A DNA stretch of 64,000 bases from an uncultured Gemmatimonadales bacterium (GTDB taxonomy: Bacteria; Gemmatimonadota; Gemmatimonadetes; Gemmatimonadales; Gemmatimonadaceae). The notes beneath the pieces are model-generated. The model worked only from the letters and a program-made list of their open reading frames with translations, searched no databases and was not told the origin of the DNA. The position numbers and the translations under genes are program-made. Positions 61,362-64,000 of the stretch are shown here, one piece after another; the first letter of the stretch is position 1; each line of letters starts with the position of its first letter. Location of the stretch: contig CAWBZV010000003.1 of NCBI GenBank assembly GCA_963793305.1, positions 1,312,001 to 1,376,000 of the forward strand, written 5' to 3'.

Positions 61362-62149
61362 AACGCGGGGATGAACTGATCCTCGATGTTGATCGTGCCC
61401 TTCACGTGAACGATCGACCGGACCGCGCACTGCTGGATGTGTCCGGGAACGAAGTGTGACTGCCGGAACCATTCGAGGTATCTGAGCGCCAGCGCGGTGC
61501 CCGGCGACCGAACGATGCTGGCCGTTCCGAGCAGCGGCACGCCCTTCTCGTCGATGACAATCGCGACTTCGAGCGTATCCGATTCCCCACGCGCCGCAGT
61601 CTGCAGGGGCCGCATGTGCGTTTTGTTCTCGGGGTGGCTGGCCGTCGCGAAGGCGCGCCACTCGGGAAGCCGTACCGAAAACATCGGCACCGCGCCAAGC
61701 GCCGAGTCCGTCGACAGCGCGAACGCCAGTCGGATGCCGTTCCCCGCGTGAGGTGGCAACGGCGGAAAGCTCGAGTCTTTCGCCGCGCCCAGGATGCCAC
61801 CAATGAGCATCGAGTCGATGGCGAGCGATGACGACGAGGTCATCTCGGCGACATTTTGTGCCGTGCCATTCGGCATGACCGAGAATGCCGCGGTCGTGGC
61901 GATCGTGGGCCGGCCCCGCGGGTCGAATACCACGATCGGCAGGTTCGCCGGAACCTGCATCTTCGCTCGCACCGCCTCGGCCACGATCCCGGCAAACCCC
62001 GCCGGCAATGCCAATCGCGTGAACGGATCCGACACGGCGCCGTAGACCGTCTCCGATATCGTGTCCGATGTCGGCGGAAGAACGGGGCAGATGACGAAAT
62101 GATTCGTATCGGCCGCCAGCATCGCGGCGCTGAGCAAGAGTGCGATCAT
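61358..62149 (-). CDS. secreted protein with TonB C-terminal-like domains
   Basis: Signal peptide; SSSLAID..., VIDEKG.P, F.PG motifs. Confidence 0.55.
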   Translation of the reverse strand: MIALLLSAAMLAADTNHFVICPVLPPTSDTISETVYGAVSDPFTRLALPAGFAGIVAEAVRAKMQVPANLPIVVFDPRGRPTIATTAAFSVMPNGTAQNVAEMTSSSSLAIDSMLIGGILGAAKDSSFPPLPPHAGNGIRLAFALSTDSALGAVPMFSVRLPEWRAFATASHPENKTHMRPLQTAARGESDTLEVAIVIDEKGVPLLGTASIVRSPGTALALRYLEWFRQSHFVPGHIQQCAVRSIVHVKGTINIEDQFIPAF

Positions 62150-62160
62150 ATCTTTACCCC

Positions 62161-63033
62161 ATGCGAGTGCGCGTACCGGGCAGCACGTCAAACTTAGGCG
62201 CCGGATTCGACACGATTGGACTCGCGGTCAGTCGTTACCTGACCGCGGAGTATCGGGCCGGGGATGGCCCACTCGCCATCGATCGCCGCGGTACGCTTGC
62301 GTCTCTCCAAGGCATGCCCGAAGAGCTGGATCTCTTCGCGCAGGCCATGCGATCCGTGTGTCCCTCGTTGGGCGGCACCCTGGTGCTGGACTCGGAGATT
62401 CCCGTCGGCCGTGGCCTCGGGTCATCCGCCGCCGCCGTCGTCGGTGGCCTGACGCTCGGCGCAGCGGTCGCGTCCTCGAACGTTGATGTGTTGCGGACAG
62501 CCAGACGTTGGGAGTCGCACCTCGACAACGTCGCGCCGTGTCTCCTCGGCGGGCTCGTCGCCGTTGTGGAGAACGAGGCATTCCCACTGGTGCTGGCACC
62601 GGGCATCGCGTTCGCGTACGCCGCGCCGGGTGTGCCGCTGTCGACTGCACGGGCGCGCGCCGCGCTGCCCGCGTCAGTCCCGCATAGCGAGGCGGCCCGC
62701 GCACTCGGTCACCTGGCAGCGTTGATCCGCGGCCTAGAGACCGCCAATGTCGCTCTCCTGCAACTCGGCCTGGCCGATCGGCTGCACGTCCCGTATCGCC
62801 TGCCGCTGATCCCAGGTGGCGCTGCAGCGCGCGAAGCAGGACTCGCCGCCGGTGCGTGGGGAGTAACAGTGTCCGGCGCGGGATCGGGGTTACTGGCGGT
62901 GACGGCGCCCGAGAAGGCTGCCAGTGTGGCGGAAGCGATGGCCGCGGCGTTCCGCGAGTCCGCGGGCCCCGAGGGAGTGGTCGCGTTCCCGCTCGTCCCG
63001 GATTCGCGCGGAGTGACCCTTGACGCCTCGTAG
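62161..63033 (+). CDS. thrB: homoserine kinase
   Basis: VPGSTSNLGAGFD, IPVGRGLGSSAAA, HLDNVAP, DRLH.PYR, SGAGS. Confidence 0.95.
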   Translation: MRVRVPGSTSNLGAGFDTIGLAVSRYLTAEYRAGDGPLAIDRRGTLASLQGMPEELDLFAQAMRSVCPSLGGTLVLDSEIPVGRGLGSSAAAVVGGLTLGAAVASSNVDVLRTARRWESHLDNVAPCLLGGLVAVVENEAFPLVLAPGIAFAYAAPGVPLSTARARAALPASVPHSEAARALGHLAALIRGLETANVALLQLGLADRLHVPYRLPLIPGGAAAREAGLAAGAWGVTVSGAGSGLLAVTAPEKAASVAEAMAAAFRESAGPEGVVAFPLVPDSRGVTLDAS

Positions 63034-63049
63034 CCGTCCCCGGGATACT
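63020..63049 (+). promoter_or_regulatory. sigma70-like promoter for the thr leader
   Basis: TTGACG (63020-25), 18-nt spacer, GATACT (63044-49), 5 nt, ATG 63055; same geometry as the Cys leader. Confidence 0.55.
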
Positions 63050-63054
63050 TGACG

Positions 63055-63141
63055 ATGATGACTCGCACAGCGCGCACGATCACGACGACGACCATGACGA
63101 CGCGGTCCCTCCCCGGGGACGGCGCGACCGGCCGCGACTAG
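63055..63141 (+). CDS. thrL-like leader peptide MMTRTARTITTTTMTTRSLPGDGATGRD
   Basis: 28 codons, 10 Thr plus Ile and internal Met, directly before a terminator and hom. Confidence 0.88.
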   Translation: MMTRTARTITTTTMTTRSLPGDGATGRD

Positions 63142-63163
63142 CGCGAAGTCACAAGCCGAATCG

Positions 63164-63198
63164 AGCCCCCCGGATGATCGGGGGGTTTTTCTTTTTTT
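63164..63198 (+). terminator. attenuator terminator upstream of hom
   Basis: AGCCCCCCG-gatgat-CGGGGGGTT followed by TTTCTTTTTTT. Confidence 0.9.
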
Positions 63199-63208
63199 GG
63201 AGACTGAT

Positions 63209-64000
63209 ATGTCGAACACCGTTGGCGTCGCGGTCTATGGCTTGGGCACCGTTGGCTCGGCCGCCGTCGAGATCATGCAAGCAGCGGGCAATGGGCGGCT
63301 CAGGCTGCGCCACGTCGTCGTGCGCGACAAAGCCCGAAAGCGCGCCATCGACTTCGACCCGGCGCTTCTGACGGACGACTGGTGTCAGCCGTTGCACGAC
63401 CCGAAGGTCGGCCTCGTGGTCGAGCTCATGGGCGGCGTCGATCCCGCGTCTCGCGTCGTGCGCCGCGCGCTCGAAAGCGGCAAGCACGTCGTCACCGCCA
63501 ACAAGGCGCTGATCGCAACGCATGGTGCGTCGCTCGAAGCGCTCGCCGACGCCTACGGCGTCGCGTTGCGCTATGAGGCGGCCGTTGGTGGCGCGATTCC
63601 CTTGATCCACACCCTGCGGGGCACACTCAAAGGCAATCGCATCACCCGGATACGTGGGATACTCAACGGCACCACGAATTTTATTCTCACGCGTATGTCG
63701 ACCGACGGCATGTCCTTCGATGAAGCCCTACGGGAGGCGCAGCGGAGAGGATTTGCCGAGGCCGACCCGAGCGCGGATATCTCCGGCTTGGATGCAGCCC
63801 AAAAGCTGGTCATCCTGGCGCGCCACGCGTTCGGCTACTGGGTCCCCGTCGAGTGTGTCGAGCGCACGGGAATCGAGGATCTCCGGCCCGAGCAAGGAGA
63901 AGTATTTAAGTTGATCGCCGAGGCCGTCCTCGCGGACGGCAGCCTGCGGCTCCGCGTAGGACCGCAGCGCCTGGCCTCGACGGATCCCATGGCTCACGTG
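63209..64000 (+). CDS. hom: homoserine dehydrogenase (runs off window end)
   Basis: Translated by hand from ATG 63209: VYGLGTVG, VVELMGG, GKHVVTANKA, YEAAVGGAIP, GILNGTTNFIL, GFAEADPSADISG.DAAQK; GGAG RBS upstream. Confidence 0.95.
   Translation, partial: MSNTVGVAVYGLGTVGSAAVEIMQAAGNGRLRLRHVVVRDKARKRAIDFDPALLTDDWCQPLHDPKVGLVVELMGGVDPASRVVRRALESGKHVVTANKALIATHGASLEALADAYGVALRYEAAVGGAIPLIHTLRGTLKGNRITRIRGILNGTTNFILTRMSTDGMSFDEALREAQRRGFAEADPSADISGLDAAQKLVILARHAFGYWVPVECVERTGIEDLRPEQGEVFKLIAEAVLADGSLRLRVGPQRLASTDPMAHV

Noticed and set aside
63061..63102. ACG/GAC microsatellite or CRISPR-like repeat
   Set aside because: Explained by Thr codons of the leader peptide; no repeat-spacer structure.

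Overview
This is a GC-rich, densely packed bacterial chromosomal segment. Gene content (BTAD/SARP-TPR regulator, two LytS/LytTR pairs, lineage-type TPR and outer-membrane proteins) suggests Gemmatimonadota, which is my inference. It holds the end of a cobalamin uptake/salvage locus (btuB-like receptor, beta-propeller lipoprotein, cbiB, cobD, cobO, cobS, cobT). That locus is split by a 2.7-kb islet encoding an XRE-coiled-coil-membrane-anchor protein and an AbiEi/AbiEii type IV toxin-antitoxin pair. The rest includes two RND efflux operons, an EmrB-type MFS, amidase, fabF, a tailspike-like beta-helix protein, D-amino-acid transaminase, qor, a sulfurtransferase, cydAB, pruA, lepB, signalling proteins, thrB and the start of hom. 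Main signals missing from the ORF track: (1) a leaderless Cys-Cys leader peptide with alternative antiterminator/terminator hairpins before the sulfurtransferase, a putative cysteine-sensing attenuator; (2) a leaderless Thr/Ile/Met-rich leader peptide with terminator before hom; (3) all five frameshifts I found are one-base insertions turning GACGTC into GACGTTC/GAACGTC, pointing to a DNA-modification footprint in the basecalls; (4) widespread TANNNT-5..7nt-start (leaderless) architecture with head-to-head start codons. No tRNA, rRNA, CRISPR array, transposase or integrase was seen.
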